Positions 16,724-25,180 of a stretch of 64,000 nucleotides of DNA are shown here, one piece after another. Within the stretch, counting starts at the first letter, position 1. The number at the start of each line of letters is the position of its first letter. The position numbers were made by a program, and so were the translations under genes. This DNA comes from Fibrobacter sp. (lineage in GTDB: Bacteria > Fibrobacterota > Fibrobacteria > Fibrobacterales > Fibrobacteraceae): NCBI GenBank assembly GCA_024398875.1, contig JAKSIJ010000006.1, positions 59,802 through 123,801 of the forward strand. The letters are read 5' to 3'. The notes beneath the pieces were generated by a model that was given only the letters and a program-made list of their open reading frames with translations, was not told the origin of the DNA and did no database searches.

Positions 16724-17560
16724 GCTACGGATTCTACAATGAATGAAATTTCTGCGACAGATTCACTGGTCCAACCCATGGAATCACAAGAACTCCCGTC
16801 TCCAAAGGACTTGGGAATTGGAATTACCATTGGCTGCGTAAAAAACGTCCACGTTGGTGACACCTTTGAATTCCCCGTGACGGTAAGCTGGAGCGTTAAC
16901 GGAAGTTCACTTCTCGTACTTCCCACTAATTCCGCGAATGCCAAGGGCCTCACGCAAATTAGCATGTCTCAGGAATCCAGCCGCTCTGTAGTGGATGGGC
17001 AAGAAAAGGCTTCGGTACTTTTCAAGTATAAAATTGCCGCCGAAGACACCGGAAGTCTCGCCATTCCCGCCCTCCAGTTCGAAATTCCAACCTCAATGGG
17101 AGTTCCGCTCCAACTCAAAACGGAACCCTTTCCCCTGCAAGTAAAAGAGCCCGTCAACAGCACACCCATTGCCGTAGGATTCGCCGTGGGCGCCATCGTC
17201 GCTGCTGCCGCCATCCTCCGCACCCGCAGAAACAAGCAGCGGGCCCTCGCCAGCCGCACCGAACGCGAATTCCAGCAGGAACTCAGAGAACAAATGCTCA
17301 TTCTCAAACAGCGCATCAACGTGGCAGATGGCCGCCAGTGGCTTCTGGAGCTGGAACAAGCCTGCAAAAAATTCGCAGGCCACAAATTCGGCAGCGAAAA
17401 TCTGGAAACTCTGCAAAAAGAAGGCGCCCTAGAAGGTTGGGAAGGCATCATTCAAGCCTTCGCCCACGCCCGCTACGGCGCACTAGCCCGGGACACTTTT
17501 GAAAACCGAGAAACCTGGAAACTCGCCATGAAGCTCATGCAAGTGGAAGAAGAGGATTGA
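16724..17560 (+). CDS. BatD-like Ig-domain membrane protein
   Basis: VGDTFEFPVTV / DTGSLAIPALQFE resemble BatD domains, followed by one TM helix; lies just upstream of MoxR. Start uncertain (16706-16739). Confidence 0.5.
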   Translation, partial: ATDSTMNEISATDSLVQPMESQELPSPKDLGIGITIGCVKNVHVGDTFEFPVTVSWSVNGSSLLVLPTNSANAKGLTQISMSQESSRSVVDGQEKASVLFKYKIAAEDTGSLAIPALQFEIPTSMGVPLQLKTEPFPLQVKEPVNSTPIAVGFAVGAIVAAAAILRTRRNKQRALASRTEREFQQELREQMLILKQRINVADGRQWLLELEQACKKFAGHKFGSENLETLQKEGALEGWEGIIQAFAHARYGALARDTFENRETWKLAMKLMQVEEED

Positions 17561-17655
17561 CAGGCACTCAAAATTGTTTTTTCAAAAATTAATTTGTAGA
17601 TTTTTGCGAGAAACAAGGTAATATCCCTTTGTATTTATAAAAGAGGTTTGTTGAT

Positions 17656-18639
17656 ATGGATATTCAAGAACTTTCTGAAAAAATCAAGCAGCAGAGCGTT
17701 TTCTGTCAAAATCTGCTGAACGAAGTCGAAGATACGGTAATTGGCCAGAAATCCATGGTGGAGAGCATCTTGACCGGCATTCTCGCCGATGGCCACGTGC
17801 TCTTGGAAGGGCTTCCAGGACTTGCAAAAACAACTGCAGTCAAAGCCTTTGCCGATGCCGTCTCCCTGAATTTTAAACGCATCCAGTTCACTCCGGACCT
17901 GCTCCCTGCAGACCTCTTGGGTACTACCATCTATAACGCAAAAGAAGCAAAGTTTGAAACACGAAAGGGCCCGCTTTTCACAAACCTGGTGCTGGCTGAC
18001 GAAATCAACCGCGCACCCAGCAAAGTCCAAAGCGCCCTTCTGGAAGCCATGCAGGAACGGCACATCACCATCGGCGATGAAACCTTCAAGCTGGACGAGC
18101 CCTTCCTGGTGCTAGCAACGCAAAACCCCATCGAGCAGGAAGGAACCTACCCGCTCCCTGAAGCTCAAGTGGACCGTTTTCTCTTGAAAGTAAAAGTCAG
18201 CTACCCCAACAAGGCTGATGAAATGAAGATTTTGGATGCGGTTAGCGGTGCAGGCCTTCGCCAGCCCAAGGCCGTAGCCACCAAGGAAGACATCCTGAAC
18301 GCTCGGCAATTGGTGAAGCAGGTCTATGTGGACGAACGCGTCCGCGAATACATCGTGAATCTGGTTCTCGCCACCCGCGATCCGGGCAGCATCAAGCGTA
18401 GCGATTTGGTGGGCTTTGTAGAAGTGGGCGCCTCTCCCCGCGCCTCCATCGGTCTTGCGCAGGCGGCAAAGGCACACGCCTTCATTCAGGGCCGCGCCTA
18501 CGTCACGCCCGAAGATGTGAAAGCTGTGGCAATGGAAGTTCTCCGCCACCGCTTGATTTTGAGCTTTGAAGCAGAGGCCGAAGAAATCACGCCGGAAGTT
18601 GTGGTCCAGAAGATTCTGGATACAGTGGAAGTTCCGTAG
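17656..18639 (+). CDS. moxR: MoxR-family AAA+ ATPase
   Basis: GHVLLEGLPGLAKT, RIQFTPDLLPADL, LADEINRAPSKVQSALLEAMQE, ATQNPIEQEGTYPLPEAQVDRF, GASPRAS. Confidence 0.96.
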   Translation: MDIQELSEKIKQQSVFCQNLLNEVEDTVIGQKSMVESILTGILADGHVLLEGLPGLAKTTAVKAFADAVSLNFKRIQFTPDLLPADLLGTTIYNAKEAKFETRKGPLFTNLVLADEINRAPSKVQSALLEAMQERHITIGDETFKLDEPFLVLATQNPIEQEGTYPLPEAQVDRFLLKVKVSYPNKADEMKILDAVSGAGLRQPKAVATKEDILNARQLVKQVYVDERVREYIVNLVLATRDPGSIKRSDLVGFVEVGASPRASIGLAQAAKAHAFIQGRAYVTPEDVKAVAMEVLRHRLILSFEAEAEEITPEVVVQKILDTVEVP

Positions 18640-18652
18640 CATTGGTCATCCT

Positions 18653-18796
18653 ATGAAAAGACCTTTTCTCTCCATTTTTTGGTTAGCCGTATTGACGATT
18701 TGTTGCAGCAGTTTTGTAGCTTGCGATAGCGGTAGCAGTTCTACCGGGGGCTACGATTTCGATGTTGTAAACGACAGTTCCTCTTCCGCCCAATAA
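18653..18796 (+). CDS. Small 47-aa putative lipoprotein
   Basis: MKRPFLSIFWLAVLTICCSSFVA-C-DSGSSS signal/lipobox; fills the moxR-DUF58 gap co-directionally. Confidence 0.5.
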   Translation: MKRPFLSIFWLAVLTICCSSFVACDSGSSSTGGYDFDVVNDSSSSAQ

Positions 18797-18814
18797 GCTT
18801 TGCCGAGAAACCAA

Positions 18815-19705
18815 ATGCTTTCCAAAGACGTTCTCAAAACTGTTAGCCAGATTGAACTTTCTGTGCGGGGCACCCTGGATTCTGTGATGACCGGAGCGTA
18901 CCACAGTTCGTTCAAAGGGAACGGCATGGAATTTAGCGAAGTCCGGGAATACGTGCCCGGAGATGATGTCCGTGAAATTGATTGGAATGTAACGGCCAGA
19001 ACGGGCACTCCCTACGTCAAGAAGTTTGTGGAAGAGCGTGAAATGACCATGCTTTTGATGGTCGACGCATCCAGCAGTTCGGAATTCGGTAGCGGAAAGC
19101 AGATGAAGGGCGAAGTCATGGCAACCCTCACCGCGCTTCTCGCCTTCGCCGCCATCAAAAATAACGACAAAGTCGGGCTATTGATTTATACAGACCAGGT
19201 GGAGCTTTTCATTCCGCCGGAGAAAGGCCGCAAGCACGTGCTGCGGCTCATTCGCGAAATTCTCTACTTCAAGCCGCAGCACCACGGCACGAACACCCAG
19301 GTGGCGCTGGAATACGCCGGCAAGATTCTCAACCGTCGTGCCGTCGTCGTGGTGATGAGCGACTTTCTGGACGAAGGCTTCGAGACGGCATTCAAGATTC
19401 TCCGCAAACGCCACGACGTGCTTGCGGTGTCTGTGGTGGACCCCCGCGAAATGCAGCTACCGCCCGCAGGACTTGTAGAACTGGAAGATCCTGAAACCGG
19501 CGAGACGCTTCTCATCGATACAGGCGATGTAGCCTTCCGTGAAGCATTCGCCCGCGAGGCAAAACGGCAAGGGAAAGCCACTAAGGAACTTTTCCAGCGC
19601 ATGTCCGTGGATTTTGTCCGGGTTGAAATTCATGATGAATTCAGGGATACGGTAGCGCCTCTCATCGAGCACTTCCGCCGCCGTGCCCGAGCCGCGCACC
19701 GCTAA
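18815..19705 (+). CDS. DUF58 / vWA-like MoxR partner
   Basis: KGNGMEFSEVREYVPGDDVREIDWNVTAR, VDASSS, SDFLD. Confidence 0.93.
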   Translation: MLSKDVLKTVSQIELSVRGTLDSVMTGAYHSSFKGNGMEFSEVREYVPGDDVREIDWNVTARTGTPYVKKFVEEREMTMLLMVDASSSSEFGSGKQMKGEVMATLTALLAFAAIKNNDKVGLLIYTDQVELFIPPEKGRKHVLRLIREILYFKPQHHGTNTQVALEYAGKILNRRAVVVVMSDFLDEGFETAFKILRKRHDVLAVSVVDPREMQLPPAGLVELEDPETGETLLIDTGDVAFREAFAREAKRQGKATKELFQRMSVDFVRVEIHDEFRDTVAPLIEHFRRRARAAHR

Positions 19706-21699
19706 TCCGTCGCAGGCCTAAATCCCAGCAACTTCAAGCTATAAAGTGCAGTGCCCTTGCTGATGCTGCGTACACCTGTGGCATAGCCAAAAATTTTCCG
19801 GAGCGGAATTTCAGCTTTCAAGGTATGGATGCGTCCATCGCCGCCAATTTCCTTAACCTGACCATCACGACTCTGGATATCCCCCGTCACTACTCCCGCA
19901 AAATTCGCTGGGCATTCCAGCGAAAGTTCCATCACGGGTTCAAAAAGTTCAATATCCGCAGGCTTGATGAGCTTGATGACCGCGTCTGCGCAAGCCTTTT
20001 TTATCATGAAGGGTAGCGCCCCTTCCGTCCACTCAAAATTATGGACTTCAAAACGCACACCTACAAGAGGACCCTTTCCGAGAACGCCGATTTCAGTGGT
20101 CTCCAAAAGGGCGGAACGCACGCCCGCAAGAATCTCGCGGGGAGCCTTTTCCATAAATTCTGCGGCAAGACGAATGTCATGAGCCTCCGTTTCAAGAGGC
20201 TCTGCCGAGAGCCGGATGGAAATTTTATGAGGGCCAATCTGGAATGTATTTTCCACAGGACCCACGTTATGGCAAAGCCGTTCCTGCCAGCGAACTTCCG
20301 GCTGGCCCGCCCGCACCTCGCAGCCAAATTCCCGCTGTAGGCGGGCAAGCAAAACTTCCAATTGCACCTCGCCTACAGTATGCAGATACCAGAACCCGCC
20401 ATCCTCATGCTGCACGCGGAAACTGGGGTCCATGCGGCTGAGGGTCGAGAGGCTCTTTTCCACATGATGGTAGTCTTCGGTACTCACGCATTCAATGCGG
20501 GTCTGCAAAAGAGGCTGGTAGCGGTCACCAAAAACGCTACAGCTAGCCCCTAGATTGCTTCGGCCGTCGGCCTCGCAATGACGTATTCCGTTGTCGGGGC
20601 TCGCAATTTTCGCCACACAACCATCCCGCAAAACAATCTGACCAAGTTCCGTTTCAAAAGGCGCCCGCATGGCATAAATGTCACCCGCACGGATTTCTTC
20701 CACCGGCAAAAGCAAGTTTGCCTTAAGCCGCGAGAATTCAAAACCCGCTGGCCATTCCTTCCGCTCCATATCAGTGTGGGCCCGAAACAGCGAAATCTCG
20801 CCAATCCCTTTAAAATGCCGCAGGCGAATAACTTGACCGAGTTCGCCATCACTAAACTCCGGAACCTCCGGCAAAAAGAAGCTGAGGCCCGTCACAAGGC
20901 TCCGCACACCAAAACCCGCCAGCGCAGATCCCGCATAGCAGAGCGCATAGCCATCGCTCGCCACAAGCTTTCGCAGACCTTTCAGAAGCATCTTGGGCGG
21001 CACAGGCTTCTTGTTCATAGCAAAAGCGAGGACTTCGTCATCAAAATTGCTTGCAAACTCCACCGCTTCCGCATAGCACTTCTTGATTTCGCGGGAATGA
21101 TCCCAGCCATCTTCCACATTCCAGCCTTCATCTACGGCTTCTTCGCCTGTTTCGGAATGTTCCAAACGGCTCTGGCTCAACACATCGAACACAGCGGTCA
21201 TTTTGCCGTCGGTATATTCGGGAAGCGTCATCTGCACCGGGCGCACGCCCAGCACCTCTTCTACATTAATGAGCGTTTCGTCCAGCGAATAATCTGCATT
21301 GTCCAGCTTGTTGATGAAAATGATGGTGGGGACGCCTGCTTCACGCAATTTTCGCCAGGCAGCGACTGTCTGCGTTTCCACGCCACTGGCAGCACTCACT
21401 ACAAGTACGGCCCCCTCCACAGCAGAGAGTGCCATATCCACTTCGGCGCCAAAATCCACATGCCCCGGAGTATCTATGAAATTAAACCAGGTGTTCTTCC
21501 ACTCGAAATGAGCGACACCACTTTCAATGGTAATTCCCCGCTCCTTCTCCTCCGGCATGTAATCCATGGTAGCAAGGCCATCTTCCACCTTGCCCGGGCG
21601 CCGAACTTCACCCGCCGTAAAAAGGATGCGCTCGGAAAGGGTCGTCTTTCCGGCATCCACATGAGCCAAGATGGCTATGTTACGGATGGGCTGCGTCAT
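19702..21699 (-). CDS. Elongation factor G-like translational GTPase (divergent EF-G paralog)
   Basis: AHVDAGKTT, ERGITI, DTPGHVDF, INKLD, plus EF-G-like domain III and V segments (DPSF, FEPVM, FGYA). Confidence 0.88.
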   Translation of the reverse strand: MTQPIRNIAILAHVDAGKTTLSERILFTAGEVRRPGKVEDGLATMDYMPEEKERGITIESGVAHFEWKNTWFNFIDTPGHVDFGAEVDMALSAVEGAVLVVSAASGVETQTVAAWRKLREAGVPTIIFINKLDNADYSLDETLINVEEVLGVRPVQMTLPEYTDGKMTAVFDVLSQSRLEHSETGEEAVDEGWNVEDGWDHSREIKKCYAEAVEFASNFDDEVLAFAMNKKPVPPKMLLKGLRKLVASDGYALCYAGSALAGFGVRSLVTGLSFFLPEVPEFSDGELGQVIRLRHFKGIGEISLFRAHTDMERKEWPAGFEFSRLKANLLLPVEEIRAGDIYAMRAPFETELGQIVLRDGCVAKIASPDNGIRHCEADGRSNLGASCSVFGDRYQPLLQTRIECVSTEDYHHVEKSLSTLSRMDPSFRVQHEDGGFWYLHTVGEVQLEVLLARLQREFGCEVRAGQPEVRWQERLCHNVGPVENTFQIGPHKISIRLSAEPLETEAHDIRLAAEFMEKAPREILAGVRSALLETTEIGVLGKGPLVGVRFEVHNFEWTEGALPFMIKKACADAVIKLIKPADIELFEPVMELSLECPANFAGVVTGDIQSRDGQVKEIGGDGRIHTLKAEIPLRKIFGYATGVRSISKGTALYSLKLLGFRPATD

Positions 21700-21701
21700 C
21701 T

Positions 21702-21965
21702 CTACTTCTGAAGTTTTGCTTCCAGTGCGGCAACGCGCTTGGAAAGTTCCGCACAGAGGGTTTCCAACTTTTCCAGCCGGAAATCATGTTCCGCATCCTT
21801 TGCCGTCTGCACTTTCAATTTGAAGTTCTGTTCGTTGTTTTTGGTATAAAGAGAATCGATGCGGAGGTCATGCTCGTTATCCTTTTCCACCTGGGCATCC
21901 AGGCGCTCGTCATGCTCCTTATCCTTCCGTTCCAATTCCCGAAAGCGCTGATCTTCATTCTCCAT
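21702..21965 (-). CDS. Small coiled-coil protein with 14-aa repeats
   Basis: GGAGG RBS before ATG 21965; KDxEHDxR repeats. Confidence 0.7.
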   Translation of the reverse strand: MENEDQRFRELERKDKEHDERLDAQVEKDNEHDLRIDSLYTKNNEQNFKLKVQTAKDAEHDFRLEKLETLCAELSKRVAALEAKLQK

Positions 21966-21981
21966 AAAAACCTCCCAAACT

Positions 21982-22314
21982 TTATGCCTGCTCTGGAACG
22001 CAAGCAAAAAACACTAATGGTTCCGCATTATCGTTGATGAGACTGTGAGAATGTCCCTTGGGGCAGTAATGACACTGACCGGCACTGACGATCTCCTCGC
22101 CATCGTCAAAAATCACACGACCAGAACCACTCAGCACAAAGAGGATTTCTGAATTCGTTTCGTGGGTATGAAGACCGATAGATGCGCCCTGCACGAGAGT
22201 GCCATGCATAATGCGGTTCTTGCCATCAAAAAACATCTTTGCCAAAAACTCTTTCTCGCCACCCTTAAAATTGGGCATGGCCGTAGCTTCCATATTCTTC
22301 AAATCAATAATCAT
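21982..22314 (-). CDS. Cupin domain protein
   Basis: SIGLHTH..SEILFVLSGSG, HYCPKGHSHSLIN; GGAGG RBS before ATG 22314. Confidence 0.9.
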   Translation of the reverse strand: MIIDLKNMEATAMPNFKGGEKEFLAKMFFDGKNRIMHGTLVQGASIGLHTHETNSEILFVLSGSGRVIFDDGEEIVSAGQCHYCPKGHSHSLINDNAEPLVFFACVPEQA

Positions 22315-22334
22315 ATCAAACCTCCACTTCAAAA

Positions 22335-23369
22335 TTAAATTAAATCCACCATCCTGTGGAAGGAGGGAACGCTGAATGCGGGGTCTTCAGCAAAAGCCCG
22401 ACTCAAAATTTCCATGACCTCATCGGAATACTCCACCTGCTTGGAAAGGAGCTTCACCGCATCTATTTTATTTGTTCCAAAAGCAGCACCAAAACGCTTC
22501 AGAACCAACCAGAAAAACACCGCAAACTTCACCTTTGTTAAAGCATCGCCATCAAAGAGCGTTTTCCCATAATAGCGGAACAGCGTGTAGGCCACAATTT
22601 TCGCCCCATCAACAGCACTGAACAAATTTTGCGATGCCTCGTCCAACTTTGTAAGAGCCCTATCCCAAGCCGGGCCAAAGCTCTCCCCCGCATTCAAAAT
22701 GTTTTTCCACGCAACTAAAATTTCACCCTCGGACAAATTTACTTTATCTGTAATTTGATTTGGGTTGGCAGGGGAAGGCTCATCGGGCGATGTAGCGTCC
22801 AGTATCTGATGAAGTCCCTCACGAAGCGCCCTCTCCGGCAAAATACCTCGGGCCGGAGCAGTTCCCTGGGCTGTAGAGGCAAGCAATCCAAGCATCCAGT
22901 CCCGCTCTGCAAAGATGGCATCCCGAGCCAGTACTGCATTCTCGGAGATTTCGTCCGCCGGCTCATCCACCTCTCGCTCCTCCAAATCCAGCATTCCCGG
23001 GCTCTCCAGCAGCAGTCGCACCCCCTCTTCGCAGCACAGCCCAATGCCTTTCTCCATCACATCGCCATAGACCTCCACGAATCGGGGGTGCTCCCGGCAG
23101 ATGTCGCAAAGGTACTCCGGCCCCAGGTGGCGGTGTATTTCACAAAGATTGCGGCTATCTAGGAACGGGCAGCGGTCACCGGGCCGCAACTTGAAGCAAC
23201 CTCCCTCAATATTTTCGCGGAGACGATTTCCGAATTCCCCACCCACCTTGGCGTACTTTGACAAAGTTTCCTCGTCTATGCAAACCTCCCAACCCGCGCA
23301 GCAGGTATCGGTACATTTGTCTGCAAGGCATTTAAAATCTTTATAAAATGAAGGAACCCTTAAAACCAT
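22335..23369 (-). CDS. FliB-like (flagellin lysine-N-methylase family) Cys-cluster protein
   Basis: PSFYKDFKCLADKCTDTCCAGWEV, CPFLDSRNLCEIH, LCDICREHPR, LCCEE. Confidence 0.8.
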   Translation of the reverse strand: MVLRVPSFYKDFKCLADKCTDTCCAGWEVCIDEETLSKYAKVGGEFGNRLRENIEGGCFKLRPGDRCPFLDSRNLCEIHRHLGPEYLCDICREHPRFVEVYGDVMEKGIGLCCEEGVRLLLESPGMLDLEEREVDEPADEISENAVLARDAIFAERDWMLGLLASTAQGTAPARGILPERALREGLHQILDATSPDEPSPANPNQITDKVNLSEGEILVAWKNILNAGESFGPAWDRALTKLDEASQNLFSAVDGAKIVAYTLFRYYGKTLFDGDALTKVKFAVFFWLVLKRFGAAFGTNKIDAVKLLSKQVEYSDEVMEILSRAFAEDPAFSVPSFHRMVDLI

Positions 23370-23645
23370 TTAGGCCCCGCCTGTTCCCACTTGAGTCAAC
23401 GCGCTAGCGGTGCAGATTATCGCCAACAGGAAAAAGCCGCCTATTCCAAAAAGAATAAATTTTCCCATTCCAGGGCTGGATTCTTCAACTTCCTCCTGGG
23501 AAGATTCACTGCCACAGGAAGACGCAACATCATTAGATGTATCGCAAACCCCTGAAGTCGATGCCTGCCTGTTTGCGGAAGTGCATCCCGTCATATTCAC
23601 ACAAAGCACCATAGACAAAAGGGATAAAAGGAAAAATCTCAGCAT
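23370..23645 (-). CDS. Small putative lipoprotein with a C-terminal TM helix
   Basis: MTG-C lipobox, Ser/Glu linker, hydrophobic C-terminus; its TAA abuts the FliB-like ATG. Confidence 0.6.
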   Translation of the reverse strand: MLRFFLLSLLSMVLCVNMTGCTSANRQASTSGVCDTSNDVASSCGSESSQEEVEESSPGMGKFILFGIGGFFLLAIICTASALTQVGTGGA

Positions 23646-23798
23646 ACTATCAAATATTACAATAAAAAAGTTTGCCTACCACTCTTTGCACGTGTTTTTC
23701 ATGATTTAGGCTTCAAAAAGACCTTTTCCAGGCAATCCTAGGCAATCCATTCTGCATAAAAAAAACAATTTTTTAAAAATTTCTATCTTTTTGGTGCT

Positions 23799-25175
23799 AT
23801 GAAACATACATGGAAAATCTTAACTCTCGTTAGTTTTATGGCAATGGGTGTATTTGCGCAACAGACAACCACTGCCACTACTCCGTCGGCTCCAGCTGCT
23901 GAACAACCTGCAGCCCCAGCCGCCGCACCTGCTGCTCCTGCTGCCGCACCGGCCGACACCGCAAAGGCCGCTCCTGCCGCAAAACCCGCTCCCGCAGCGA
24001 AGCAGGACTCCACAAAGGCGGCTCCTGTAGCAAAGCAAGACTCCGCAAAAACCGCACCAGCAGCAGCTCCTGCCGATACGGCAAAGGCAGCCCCAGCCGC
24101 AAAACCGGACACAACAAAGGCTGCACCTAAGGCTGATTCCACTAAAATCGCTCCTGCCGCAAAGCAGGACACGACCAAGGCCGCACCTAAGGCTGATTCC
24201 GCTAAAGTAGCGCCTGCTGCAAAACCGGACACAACTAAGGCCACTCCGGCACCTCAAGACACTTCCGTTGCGGCCAAAGATTCTACAAAGGCAGACACCT
24301 CCGCAACCGCTGACACCGCCAAGGTCGACTCCGCAGCCGCTCCTGCTAGGGTAGATACAGTCTACATCGTCAAGGACACCACAAAGAGCGAGAAAATGCG
24401 CGGCAAGCGCTACTTCAAGGATCATCAGGATTCTGTGATGGCCGAGAAAGCCAAGCGCGATTCCCTAACAACCAATCATGGTATTTCCGTCATGTTCGGG
24501 AATAACAACGACAAGCGCTATGGTTACATCGGTTCTCAAGATGACTATGATGATCACTGGGGTGCTGGTTTCGGTATCTACTACTTCTACCGTCACTACT
24601 TCGGCAGCCATTTTGCTTTGGAAGGTCGTCTCGGCGGTGTATACCGCTATGCTCGCTGGTCCCAAGACCTTGACTTCCCTCAATACTACAACATCGCCCG
24701 ACTCGGCAATGGCAAGTACGACCTGAACCATCATGTCGATATCTACTATGACAACTACGCCATTGACGCTCCGCTTTCTGCTAAGGTTGGTGGTCATATT
24801 GGCGCAACAGAATTCCTCTATGCTGGTGTCACCCTCAGCCTTATGAAGGACTTCTACGATAAGGTAACCTCCCGCAACGAACTCACCTTGAAGAACGTCT
24901 CTCCAGAAATGAAGAAGGATTTGGAAATTCTTGAAAAGGAAGGAAAAAATCCCTTCCCCATGGTGGAAGACCACTACACCAGCGACTGGTACCAGATGGT
25001 GGACTGGGAATCTGGATTGTGGGCAAACTTCGGCCTCGATTCCAAGTTCTTCTCTGTGGAAGCTCAGTTGCTCATTATGTCTGCTGCTACGACAGACTAC
25101 AACCACCGGTTTGAATATCTGGGCCATGACTGGAACCCGACATGGCGCATATTTGTGGACTTTAGCATCAGGTAA
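23799..25175 (+). CDS. Secreted/outer-membrane protein with an Ala/Pro/Lys/Thr repeat stalk and a probable beta-barrel C-terminal domain
   Basis: Signal peptide; about 180 aa of repeats (GCACCTAAGGCTGATTCC recurs with a 60-nt period); aromatic alternating beta-strand pattern ending IFVDFSIR. Confidence 0.75.
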   Translation: MKHTWKILTLVSFMAMGVFAQQTTTATTPSAPAAEQPAAPAAAPAAPAAAPADTAKAAPAAKPAPAAKQDSTKAAPVAKQDSAKTAPAAAPADTAKAAPAAKPDTTKAAPKADSTKIAPAAKQDTTKAAPKADSAKVAPAAKPDTTKATPAPQDTSVAAKDSTKADTSATADTAKVDSAAAPARVDTVYIVKDTTKSEKMRGKRYFKDHQDSVMAEKAKRDSLTTNHGISVMFGNNNDKRYGYIGSQDDYDDHWGAGFGIYYFYRHYFGSHFALEGRLGGVYRYARWSQDLDFPQYYNIARLGNGKYDLNHHVDIYYDNYAIDAPLSAKVGGHIGATEFLYAGVTLSLMKDFYDKVTSRNELTLKNVSPEMKKDLEILEKEGKNPFPMVEDHYTSDWYQMVDWESGLWANFGLDSKFFSVEAQLLIMSAATTDYNHRFEYLGHDWNPTWRIFVDFSIR

Positions 25176-25180
25176 TCATC

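Noticed and set aside
19702-21699. TetM/TetO tetracycline resistance gene
   Set aside because: Only general EF-G-family motifs are visible, there is no mobile context, and resistance cannot be claimed without phylogeny.
20578-21711. Other long antisense or out-of-frame ORFs (20578-21711, 12485-13633, 32055-32807, 40159-40935, 46551-47063)
   Set aside because: All overlap well-supported genes on the opposite strand or frame and lack motifs or an RBS.
22335-23369. Evidence of a flagellar system
   Set aside because: FliB-family proteins occur without flagella, and no other flagellar gene is present.
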